Part shown: piece by piece, positions 22,332 to 34,200 of the stretch
Layout of the letters: each line of letters starts with the position of its first letter
How positions within the stretch are numbered: position 1 is the first letter of the stretch
Source: Raillietiella orientalis
Taxonomy: Eukaryota
Length of the DNA: 64,000 nucleotides
NCBI GenBank assembly: GCA_036172245.1
Contig: JAYWIR010000027.1
Span: forward strand, 806,001-870,000
Direction: 5' to 3'
Program-made: the position numbers and the translations under genes
Notes under the pieces: generated by a model
The model's input: only the letters and a program-made list of their open reading frames with translations
Database searches by the model: none
Told to the model about the DNA's origin: nothing

Positions 22332-25300
22332 TTAAGAACATTTTTTCCTTCTTTTTGTTGTTTTATTTTTTGTTTACTTCCTCCCCCTTTTGTTTTCCCA
22401 GTACGAACCTCTGTCGGCGAGCTGCTCTCCAGGAAGAATTGCCTCCGGGACTCTTTACCGACGCAGAGGGATCGCAATCGCACTGCGGAGAAATGACCTT
22501 TTTTTTTTTTGCTTTCTGAATTGACAGTCTATTTGTACACATTTGTGCAAATGTGTGTCTGTGTTTTTTTTTTCCTCAAGGTAATCACCCTGGCGTAACT
22601 AGCCACAAGGGCAGGCGGAGGTCGACTTCCGATCTCTTTACAGGTCCGAGGCGAATGGTCACCGCCGTTCCCAGCGAGTCGAGGACGCAAGCGAAGCCAA
22701 AGTTTTTCCAGGAAGGTCGCGTCGGACGGCGCGGTCCTTCTTGTTGGCCTCCCAGCGAGACAGGGGTGGCCGGCTGAGCGCGGACGCTTCGCTCCGCGGC
22801 AGGTCCACCGTCGGGGGGGGAGCACCCAGGGGTAAGGACGGCGTCGCCATATGGTCATCTCCTCCTCCGCGGTCATTGAAAGTTGGGAGAGAGCGCGAGT
22901 GCGTGCGGGCGTAGTGGGGCGGGGATGAGATGATGATAGGATTCACCCCGTCCCTTCCATGGCGCCGCGCTGGTCCAGCAGGTCGGGCCCCACTGCTACT
23001 GCTGAGAAGCGCGCGGGATACGAACCTACGCTGCTCGGGGAACCAGGAGGGCGTGCACTGCCCGGTCCTCGCTCGCGCCCCTCCGGCGAAGCGGCACCCA
23101 TGGACGCACGGCTTTCGCCATCTAGAGGTCGTTTCCGAAAACACGAGAACGTCATCTAGCGGTTCCCGAAAGGAACCCTCGGTTATCGGCTGAGAAGGAC
23201 CTCATTTTCCTTCTCCTCTCCATCCGCTGCACAGACAGCACGAGGAGCTTTCTGCGAGAGTGCCTCTCGATTTGTTCTTTTTCAAACAAAAGCAGCAGAG
23301 ACAGCTTCTCACACTTCACTTGGCAGGCGTGGCCTACGTTCCGATGGGGTGCTCCCGTTTAAAGCGGACGGCCAGCCCCTTTGTGGCGAAACTTCGCCAA
23401 AACATCACTCGCATGGAGCTGTGGACTCCTCGCAGAAATATCCCCCCTCCCCTTCCCACGCCTCCAAAATAGAGAAGAAGGAAAAAAAAAAAAGGAGGAA
23501 GAGGAGGAGGAAAGGGCGCGGGATACGAATGGTTAAATGACTCTTGTGGGACCCGCGTCCTCATTACTGAGCTCGTGACCCCTAACGTCCCACTTCGGAT
23601 GCTGCCGTTTCCCTTTTCAAATCTTACAGGTGCCACGATCGAATCTCATTTTCTCCGCGAAATCGATAGCTTCGGCCGCACCGCATCGCCGCGAGGATTC
23701 TTCGGGAGAGTCTCATTGGAGGGCGCCTTGGAAACGTCCATGGGACTCGTCTCCGAAAGGGAAATGCGTTCGCAGCCCAGGGAGCACCTGCTGCTCTGGA
23801 AGATATACGTGATAGTACGTGTCAAGGTATCGTCGCTATCTATTTGCGACGTCATTAAAGTAACTACTATTATCAACGTGAATTAAGAATACCAATAATG
23901 GTAGTGCTCTGAGTATTAGTATTGTGAGGACCGACTGCATACAATGCTGTCAATGCAGTGCGCGTTGGACATGGTCACCTTTGCCGGAATGGAAATGCTA
24001 AAAATGTTGTTATGGAATGTCGTTGATTCTATCGAGATGGGTGGTCGAAATAGAAAAAATAATGATAATAATTTTGGATAATGGAATGAAAGAAACCAAG
24101 TTGCTGACATGAATTTTTTTTATAATCGAGTGAACAAATTCAGTAACATTAGAGGAGTAAAAAAATGATGATGGTGGATGCGGTAAACGATGACGATACG
24201 ATATGAGATTTTGTTCCAACTTCTTCGCAAATTGCTTTTTCCCGAATTCTTCTCAGGAGGAGAACATGGCGAACAGGAAGGGGCACCTTCTGACCTCTCC
24301 ATAGGGAAACGAGTGGTCAACAACTTTGTCAACAACACCGAATTTTCGAACGTTGTCCCTCTCATCTGAATTTTCTCCTGCGTGCTCCATGGGAGCGTTG
24401 CTGGTGGTGTCCAGATCATGAACATGAGGTCATTCGTTTTGTCCTTCCGCCCACCCCATAGTCCCAGAGTCACTTGGTACAGTTTCCCCCTGGCTATGGA
24501 ATGGAATCGCCTTGCAATGGGCATGCCATCTTCATCGGAAGAGTAGCCGATCGGTAAATTCAACTCAATTTCTTCAGCTGAAGAATGCAAACGCTTAAAA
24601 GTATTTCCAATAACGCTCTTTGGAATGAATTTCAATTAACTAATTAATGCATTTCTCTCATTTTTTCCCCATCTTTGAGGCGGCTGAAAAAAGTCCCTTT
24701 TTTATCGAATCACAGAAAACTTAAAATGTTGACTGTATGCAGACTTGCTTACGTCAGAAGTTTCTTTTATCAAAGGTCACTGTATAATCACCTTTTATCA
24801 AAGGTGACCATATTGAGCGTGCACTGTATATCTTTATTATCAGCCGTGATTATTTTTCCGTGGATACTTCTCATTGTGGATAGCAACAGCGGTGCATGAC
24901 GATGTTTTCTAAATAAAAAACCTGGAGAAACTGCAGCAAGGCAGAGATATCCCTTAAACAGTCTCCCAGATAGCGCGGTGTTCACCGTCGGTGTGCTCTC
25001 GCCTTGATGATGAACACTGCAGCACTCTGGATGGCCACCGCTTCCTTGGTCTCGCAACCGGCCTTTAGGATACAGCACTTCTTCGATGCCGTGGGAAAGC
25101 TCTTGTATTATTACTGATATAAACCTGAACGTCATGAATACGGTAGGCCCCCCGCACGAGGCGGATTCGCCCGTCGCAACGAAAGAATGGCGGCGGCCCT
25201 CGCATAGCGCGGTGGATCTGCCCCGTGTGACGCTGGGGCTAAATTTCGGTTCGTGCCATGGTGTCGGCTCCGCTCTTTTCGAAAAGAACACGGACGTGAT

Positions 25301-26543
25301 GCGAGCAGGTTGGGTTCTATTTCATCCGAATTTTCGTAGCTGAAATGGCGCAAGAAGATTCGCTTTTCAACATTGAGGATGATGAACCTGGATCTATAGA
25401 ATCGTTTCCATAGAATTCATCAACAAAAGTCTAAAGGCTTCTTCCCCCCTCCCCCCTCTTCAAGTCTAGGAACAAAACAAGCACTTTGATTTTTTTTTTT
25501 TTCTTTCCGTTTTCAAGTGAAGTAATGTCTAGCTGTTGCAGCCTTTTAGGATGCATTTTATATATCTTTTAGAAGTGCTATCATATTATCAGTGCTGGTT
25601 CCAGACCCGGGAGTCATCTAGGGTGTAAGATTCCAGGGGAAACCGAAAAGACTTCTGAAAGATACGATGCGAGCATCAAATCGGATGTTCTTTCCGCGTT
25701 AGAAATGTTCTTTCTCCGTTTTTGCCCAACACCAACAAAGTCGGTCGGTCGGTCGAGTGGTAGCAAACAGCACGCTGGGCGCAGGGATCTCTGCGTTACA
25801 GACGCCAAAAAGAACAAGTTGATCAACGGCGTTCCCGATGTTTATATACTGCTGAGAGTGCTGGCCACTCTTCCAGCTTCCGTAGCTTTCGGGCAGGGAA
25901 CCTTTCCGAATTGAAGCCTAGCACGAGCTCGCCAGCGACACGAGAGCGACTGATTGGATCGCCTGTTGTCTCAGCGGAGAGCGCGGCAGTTGCCAAGGAA
26001 ACCGACGGACCAGAATCGGTTGGTGATTTTCGTGGAGACAAGTACTTAATAAGTAAGCGTGTTTCCTGTGCGTGTCGTTCAGTTCAACATCGGAAGAAAC
26101 GGAAGTGACGTCCCTGCTACGCTTCTCATCCCACTTTCCTCCCAATTGTCGATCGAGTGTTCGAAGATACGGGTGGCAGAGGGACGCGCCAGATTTTCCC
26201 TAGGGCTCCAGGAAGTCTTGAGCCGGCGCCGACCATGTCCAAACCTTGGGGATCGTATAGAGCGGATCCGTATAGCGCGGAATGCGTCACCCCAGCTTTA
26301 TACAGCGGCCCGCTGCGTTTTCAAAGGGCAAAAAAAATTTTCAGCGTTGCAGCATAGTAGGATATGTGGAGATTCGGTGGACCACGAGATATCTCCGTTA
26401 GATCCTCGCCTTCGAAAGCACGGCTCGGCTTCGCTCCTTCCGCAAGCTCGCCTCAAGACCCCCGAGGTCTAACGGGGGCGAGGCGGAGAGAGGAATCCTT
26501 TCGGTCGAAGCTCCCTACTCGGGCGAAGGACGGAGAGCACAAG

Positions 26544-26832
26544 TCCAGCAAAAATTCAGCCATCACGGAATGCCACCAAGACCACTATCGGGCCTTCTGA
26601 AAGGCATTCGAGCGACGCTGTCGGTGCACCTAGCATCCTCATTACCAGTTTGCTTTGAATACTTGCTACATCCCCACCCCCACCCTCACTGGAAGGGGGG
26701 TCGTGGGATGGATGTGCCCATCATGTGATCTGACCAGTTGGCTTCCATGTTGCCGGTCACACGACGATGGATCCGTTGGCCCGCGAAGCCAAAAGGAAAG
26801 TTACGCTCGGCCACTATTCGCACTTCGCGAGA
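26544..26832 (+). repeat. Isolated copy of the 3' end of the RTE-like LINE found in the SLMAP intron
   Basis: Near-identical direct repeat of 36262-36544, with a few substitutions and two small indels. Confidence 0.9.
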
Positions 26833-26959
26833 TGAAGTTGTCGACTGAGGGGGACATCGTTCCCGAGAGAACTGGTCCCTCGCCGGGCGACGTAATGGGG
26901 AGTCGCACCCAAGACGCACCTCCTCTTCTCCCCAGGGTACCCCAGGCGTTCCGCGGAGC

Positions 26960-27420
26960 TTCCCGCCTGGAGAGCTTCTGGAGGACCCGGCGCGGGGGAG
27001 GGCAGCTGTTCTTGGAAAAGAGGCATTCGGCTGCGGTGCGGGAAGGGAACGGAAGGGTCGAATTCTGGCACGGGGTGCAGCGCCACCTCTTTGTCTGGAG
27101 CGCGGGCGAAGAACACAACAGGGGAGGAAGCACCCGTCGCCTAGGGAACCGCCCTGCCGGGCGTTCTCCCTTACACATCGTCTCCTTCCTTTCTTGCCAG
27201 CATGCGTCAAGGGAGGTTCTTCCTGCCCATGCACTCTTCCCTGGATCTCCTCCAAGGATTTCTCGGAGTAGGCAGTTGTTGTAGGATCAGGGCAGGAAAC
27301 GCTGTGCCTGTTCCGGGCATCGTTCCTGGTTCCTCGCCCACGTGTGGACGGTTTCCCGCAACCAGGCACTGCCGTTTGCGTAGCGGCAGGAGATGTAGAG
27401 GATGTTCTTCCTGGTGAGCA
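26960..27420 (+). repeat. Dispersed repeat family B, copy 4
   Basis: Aligns with 21300-21500 (direct) and 9800-9965 (inverted). Confidence 0.8.
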
Positions 27421-28199
27421 TAGCCACCCACCGAAGCTGCAGTCTGCAGTGGAAGAGGCTGCGTCCGGGACTGGAGCTGCAGTTTTATTCACTCCAGAGT
27501 CAGGAGGCCGAGACCGTCGTCCCGACGCAAAGCGCACAAGTCCTTCAGGCGGACTAGGGACCTCCCTCCTTGCCCCAAAGGGCGATCCTGAAGAGGTACT
27601 TCGTATGCTTTCCAGTGTTCTCAGGCGGGGAACAAACAAGAAGCAGGGACGAAGGGGGCGGGGGGGATCGAAGTCTGTAGGTGCGATGACGGATTCGGCA
27701 AGCAGGGTAGCCATTGCAGCGGAAAAGACTTCCCGCTGCAGACATCAGGGGCCACAAAGGAGGGCGTACGCGGAAGGAAAACGAAAAGAAGAAAGGAAAA
27801 AATCCGGCCTGTTTGTTTACTGAGAACACTCGGACCGGGCCGAAATGTGCCGCGAGGCTGTTTCGACCGGTGAAGACGAGCATGCCGAAGAAGGTGCCGT
27901 TGCACAGAGCGCTCTTGCGTCGGTCGTAAGCGAGTTTCAGCCGCTCGACAGCGGAGGAAGGTGGTCTTCCGTAAACAGTTTGACCCCTCGCTCGAAATGC
28001 AAGAGGCCAAACTGAAATTTTCAAAGATACCTCCACTCGCAGACCCTCGACACAGACTCAGCATGCCCTCATGTAGATAGGCACAGGAGTTAATGGCACA
28101 TAATTTCGAAACTTCCGTTGAGGACTAGGCAAAGCATCTCAAGGACGGCAGCTTCCGATTCTCCAGAACGAAAACAAGAATGAAAGCGGATGGTAAGTT

Positions 28200-29600
28200 T
28201 GTGATAGAATGCAAGAAAGGACTTCAGATAACCTTACTGTATCGAACACTTCGTTCTCTCATCATAAGTAACAGTGCGCATGGTCTACGGGATACCATTT
28301 CTGCCAACGGTAAAAGACGTGAGTCACATAATTCTCCAAGAACCACTTCCTACAAAGGTAAGCGAAATTTAAGATAGAGAAAATACGAAAAGCATTTCTT
28401 CCATCAGGAACCCATATGCAACTTATAGGGCACTTTGTCTTAAGAATTGCATTATCTACGACGAAGAGCACGTCTCCATCGATGACTATCATGAATCTCA
28501 TGGGAGGATGAGGAAAGTCTGTACGCATTATTGAATGAAGACATGAGAAATGACCATTCTTTGGGCTAAATATTATGGTCATTAAAGGAAACTTTTTGTT
28601 GGAATGATTGCAGTTTGAAATGATGATGTCTCGGTAAAAAGGGCTTGTGCGGAGTCTAAATTGCTTCGAAGAGCCCATGTAGCTTCATACCTTCGATTCA
28701 AAACCTGATAAGCAATATAAGGATAAGTAAATATGTGGTAAATGCATTTTTGTTGACAAAAATTTCGTCATTCAAACTTTTATTATCGAGGCTCTTGTGA
28801 AGTCAGACATTGACAGTCTCACTGTTCAGAAAGGTGGCGGTTTCCATCGAAGACACGGTTTTCGGAGGGCATTCACGTAACGAAATACAGGAACCGATTA
28901 AATGATAAACGCCCTTCCGCCTCCAGCAAACAAAGACATTTCCGGATACAAATTTCGCAATAACCCGCGGTTTAAAATACAGCGTTCACTAAATCGAGCT
29001 TTCTGATTTTTGCACTCTTGTAAGACCTAGGTATTTTATATCAGCAAATTTAATCGTCATAAAAAATTAGTTTCTTCGTGGAAACCAGGTACGACACCGA
29101 GATATCCAGTTAGGAGACTGGGCAATGATGCAGCCTATGAAAACCATGATCGTCATACTCTGTATGATGACAATGATCTGAATAGTTGTTCCTGATTTTG
29201 TATGCTCCCTGAGCAAATGCATATCCAAATCCTGGACCAAAAATTTTTCCGAAAGAACACTTCGCTTAACCTAGATATTCTGATAGATAAACGATCCACG
29301 TTTTCCGTGCACGTAAAAAACTCAGGAAATCGTAGATAACCACGAGGAGACAGCTGCAACAACAGTCTCCTGATTCCTGAATTTTGCAAAAAACTCGATT
29401 TGCAAAGCCAAACTTTGCAAAGGGTTTGCTTTTTCCAAGAGCTGATCTGGTCAAACGAAATAATTTCCGCCTACTTCCTTGGTCTTGGTACGACATAAAC
29501 CTTTGCAGAAACGAAATATCAACAAAGTTGCTGTGAATCAAACCTCGCTCATTCCTAAACGACATAAAACAACTGAGGGATTAACGCAATAATAAAATAT
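28200..29600 (-). mobile_element. Probable decayed pogo/Tigger-type DDE transposase relic
   Basis: Broken minus-strand motifs occur in the expected order: SPNWISR (cf. ASxGWxxRF), ERCILNRGLLRNLYPEMSL (cf. IFNxDETGLFxxLLPxxTL) and VLFVVDNA (cf. VLLxxDNAPxH). Many stops and frameshifts. No TIRs found. Confidence 0.4.
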
Positions 29601-30403
29601 GAATTCCCACAATTCTAAGACTAATTCAATCACGATCCACAATCAGTTTTTCTTTTGTTTTCGTTGTATGTGCCATATACAGCATATTTTCTAAAATAGG
29701 AAGTGATTTTCTAAATGGTAGGTCGTGTTTTTTTCGACTTGCTTTGCTATGCCAGACGGTCCCGGGTCTTGATTGGAAGCAATTTTCATCGTGCAGTCAT
29801 TCCAACGAGATGGAAAAAAAACTTCGAAGTATTCTGAACATGAATAACTCGCCAATGGGCAAAATGTCTGGGCCAAGCTAAATTAAAAATGGCAGATATC
29901 AAACCACCAAGGAACCTGTTATGCTTTCCACTTACAATTCTGCTTTCTTACCATTCTAAGATGCAATGAGACTCATGACACACGTCCAAAGGTAGTCCAA
30001 AGATTTAACGGGAAATCTAAATATTCAAGAAATGCTGCCGTCGAAATACTTCCTGAGGACTTAAGGACGAATTCTGCACAAGCATTTAAAATATGAGCGT
30101 TTCAAATAAAGTAATGAAATCAAATCCTTCATCTTTTATAAACATGGTGTCCAAATGTCATTTCATGACAGGTATGTCTTAAATGAAGCGAGCACTACAT
30201 GTTTACTTCGACCATTCTTGGGCCCTCACCCAGAATGGAAAATTCCTCTCACACCAACTAACGTCCCACTTGTAAAAATCATACATGGGACAAAAATCGA
30301 ATGCAATCGTACATTATTGCTAAAAGTAAAATTTTAAAGTGAGTTTTATTGCTCAGGAATTTGCATTTAAAAACTTATTGGTTTTTGGTTATGGAAATGA
30401 AAA

Positions 30404-30425
30404 AATAAATAAATAAATAAATAAA
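30404..30425 (+). repeat. (AAAT)n microsatellite
   Basis: About five tandem AAAT units. Confidence 0.85.
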
Positions 30426-31289
30426 AAATCAGTTCTGATAACCCAACAACAAGTGGTTTACCAAATGCACGTAAATATAAAGTAAGCAGCATGACGGTGT
30501 TTTTCTTGCGAGGAGGAAATGGAAGAATTGGAATGCAGGTGATCCAAGACCATCGGAGTGACAAATAATTTTGTACTTGCATCCAGGTTTGTGAAGAAGC
30601 CAATGTACCTATCCTGCAGGCTTGAATTTTCCAGAGCCACGGCATGGCAATGCAGAACAACAATCGCTAATAACTTCCAGGGAAAATAAGCTGTTCTTTG
30701 GAACGTCAATTTTCGAACCCATTTTAAGTGGATATGTCTTCAAGTGGTTTGATGTTCGGTGTTGTGGTTCTATTCCGTGTTCGTTAAACATATGCTATTT
30801 GTACAGTGATAATGTAAATCGGAATGGGCAAACTCTGCCAATGTTCAGTGTTTCTTAAGTAAGTAAATGTGTGTTAGTAAGGAGTGACACTTGTGTTTAT
30901 AAAGACATTTGAATAGAGCAGTCATTGAAATTCTTGTCTCCCGAAAACTTGTATTCAAAGTGTTTTACATTTAGTAGATACCTTGCGTATCAATAAAGTA
31001 AGGCATTTGTGCATGTATTTTGTTTTTTGTGCGTCAGGTTTATGTATTTATTTATTTGTTATCAAATTACTAAGTGTTCATAATGATTATCGTGATTTAA
31101 TTGCAGATTTTGAACATTGATTCAACAATTTTTATTTGCATTAGAACTTGCATTAGATGAGAGTTTTTATTTAAAAAATGCTGAAACAGGATGTACCGAG
31201 ACTGATGAATTATCTTAAAACTTTTCTCTCTTCATGTTAGGTTAAAGGAATAAATGAAAAAACATAAATTTCTGTTTTTAATTTTCATT

Positions 31290-34200
31290 ATGCCTGACAT
31301 ATCAACTACTCAGTTAACCAAAATCAACAATAGTTCTCTGAATAATTTGAATGAGACCATGGGTACTGATAAAGCAGCTTGTCCAGTTAAAGCAGCAAAA
31401 GCATTACTTTTGTGTACAGGAAGCTCATATCCATTTCAGGTGTGCCATGAGTGTATTTGAATAGTGAATCTAATTGAATTCTGTGTTTGAACTGGGATTT
31501 TATTTTAGGATCGTACATTATTGCTAAATACTCCAGCCAAAATAGGCCGAGCTGTAGCTCGCCTCAAACCAGCTGTTCATAATGCTATTTTTGACTGTAA
31601 AGTGTTATCTAGGCATCATGCTTTACTTTGGTATGATGATGAGAAAGTGAGTTGGTTTAGGTTGAAGATTCTGAAAATTGTAATTCACTTGCAGTTTTAT
31701 TTACAAGATACTAAAAGTAGCAATGGAACATTTGTTAACAATGAACGCCTCAGTAAAGGAACTGAAGAGTCACATGCTCATGAGATTCATTCAGGAGATG
31801 TCTTGCAATTTGGAGTGGATGTATTGGAAAATGCCCGCAAAGGTGCAAACTTATAGATCTTATGCACTTATCAGAATTTATTGTTTTAGTAACACATGGT
31901 TGTGTTGTGGCAACTGTTAAACTATATTTTCCTGATGGTACTGAGGCAAAGTCTAGGTATGTAAAACTGAAGTGATCAATCATTGCTTTGTAGTACTGTT
32001 TCAGCCAAGATGTTTTTTGACACTGAGACTGTATCTGCTAAAGATTTAAATTTGCTCAATGAGTGCTTGCAAGAAGCTTTACTTCGTGAAAAACTGATGG
32101 AAACTAAGCTGAACCATTTGCAAAATGTACTCAGTAAAGTCACTCGGGCTTCTCAGAGTGGATGGCAATCTTTGATTAGGGAGGATCTTCTGCTATCACA
32201 TGTGGACATTTTAGAAGCTCAGCTGCAAACATATATTAAGGTATCAGCCAGTAAACTGATCTGCTGATCAAGTGAACACTATTTCAGGGGGCAACTGAAG
32301 ATCAACTGAGGGATGAAGTGATGCATTTGCAAGAAGAAAAAGATGATTATCAAAATGTAGCTAAAATGAACTTTCAAAGAGTACTGCAAGAAAGGATGTT
32401 GATGGTTCAACAGCTTCATGCTGCTCAAAGGTGAATTTTAGTAGATGACATGCTTACATGACAAGTTTCAGAGAACTGGAAATCTGTGAAATGGAACGGC
32501 AACACCTACATCAGCTGTATGAATCCAGTCAAGAAGAGAGGAAGCGCATTCATCAGTTATATGAATCTAATCAGAGGGAACTTCAAGAGTTGATTAGCTC
32601 TCATGATAAACAAGAGGAACCCTTGATTAGTTTGCTTAATGTAAGTGCATGATACATGGATGTATTTGAGGGGGAAACTTCACTATAGAGTGAAAATACT
32701 GCTACTGAAAAAGAGTCAGACTCTTTTTCTGAAGATGTTAGTAGTGAAGCACAAGATTCTAGTAAATCTTCAGGTGACTCATGTGATACTGTCATTGGAA
32801 GCTCATCAGATAGCAATAAAGTGATTATCCATATCCCTGGTATGTTGGTGTTTGTCATTGTCCCAGATTTATGTAACCGAGGCGCAATTTAAGGTATCAG
32901 AAATCTATTGCCTGCTGTTGCATCTCAGTCTCCCTCTAGTGACCAGTTGGCTCAATCATTAACATCAGAAACAAACTGTATGTTTCTTCCTAAATAATAA
33001 CAAGCATATATGGCAGCAGGTACACATCAAAAAAAAACAGATGATCCTGGTAACTCGGAAACTTTGATCGAGGAGAACTTGTCAACTAATGCAGATTTCA
33101 CATTCACTCAATTGCAAGGTAATTGTTCATTTTAGTTACACTTGGTTCATGTGTTATTACAGAAGAGTTGGTTTCCGTTCATCTAAAGCGAGAGTTCTTA
33201 GAAACGAAACTTTTGAGAGCTAATCAAGATTTGGAAGTAGCAATCTTGCGGTTGTCTCAGTGTGAATCCAAGTTTGCAGAACTGGAGAGAGTTCTGGAAG
33301 TAAGAGTAGTGTCTTCTGCTTGGTTTGCTTGACGTGTTATCAGGATCATCACTCCAGGCTTGTGGAACAGATTCAGAATACATCTACTTTGCAGCAGTCA
33401 TTGGAAAAGTTTCAGGTTGCTGAGCAAGATGCACAGGAGAAGTTGCATGAGCTCCAAAGCTATTGCACACAGTTAGAGAAGGATAAACAAATACTCGAAG
33501 GTCACTAATCAGATTCCAGTTTCAATGCTAAAGTGAGAATTATTATGCTTCAGATAAAGTATGCTTGATCAGACAACAAATGAACAAAATTCCTGAAGGA
33601 TTGAACTTTGATGACTGGCTGCAACAAGTTAGTGATGAAGTAAGTGACAGTTACTTCATCAGGGTTTTTTGTTTTGATTTTTTATTTGCACTTAAAAACA
33701 GTATTTTTAAAACAGGATCAAAATAAATTATAAGTAAATTCTGGGTTCGGTGCAAGTTTAGCATTTTTTTTTTTTTTTTTTTCTTTACAAATTACAATGA
33801 TTAGCATAGTCTAGTGCATATTATCAACTCTGCAAATGTAGCATGCTTGCTGAGCAAATTGTATGTGCTTGATGGTAGAATTGTAATTGCTGATCAGTGT
33901 CAACTTGAAATGGAATGAAAAACAGGGTGTACATTGGCATGGGAAAAAGTGACAAGGAAGTAAAAATGAGAAGGATGATGAGGGTGTTGTAAGGCTAATG
34001 ATGACAATATTGATTCTTAGTTTGCTTGGTTTACTGATTTAATGTCTTTTTACTGATACAATGTGTAAATTTTTTGTAAAAAAACTTGCTCCATGAAAAG
34101 GAAAAAGCTTGGAAGAGACCATGAATTACTGTTGAGCAAGAAGAAATATCAAGTGTAAACAAGTTATGAATTTGGTTATATAATGTAACACAAGAAACCA

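Noticed and set aside
151..27900. Many long overlapping ORFs (e.g. 2890-3771, 4405-5709, 19379-20758, 26686-27714)
   Set aside because: They are Arg/Pro/Gly/Ser-rich, open in several frames at once and lack domains. This is expected in stop-poor high-GC DNA and repeats.
30458..30709. Small ORF or mini-intron upstream of SLMAP
   Set aside because: No recognisable product in any frame. It could be UTR or promoter sequence.
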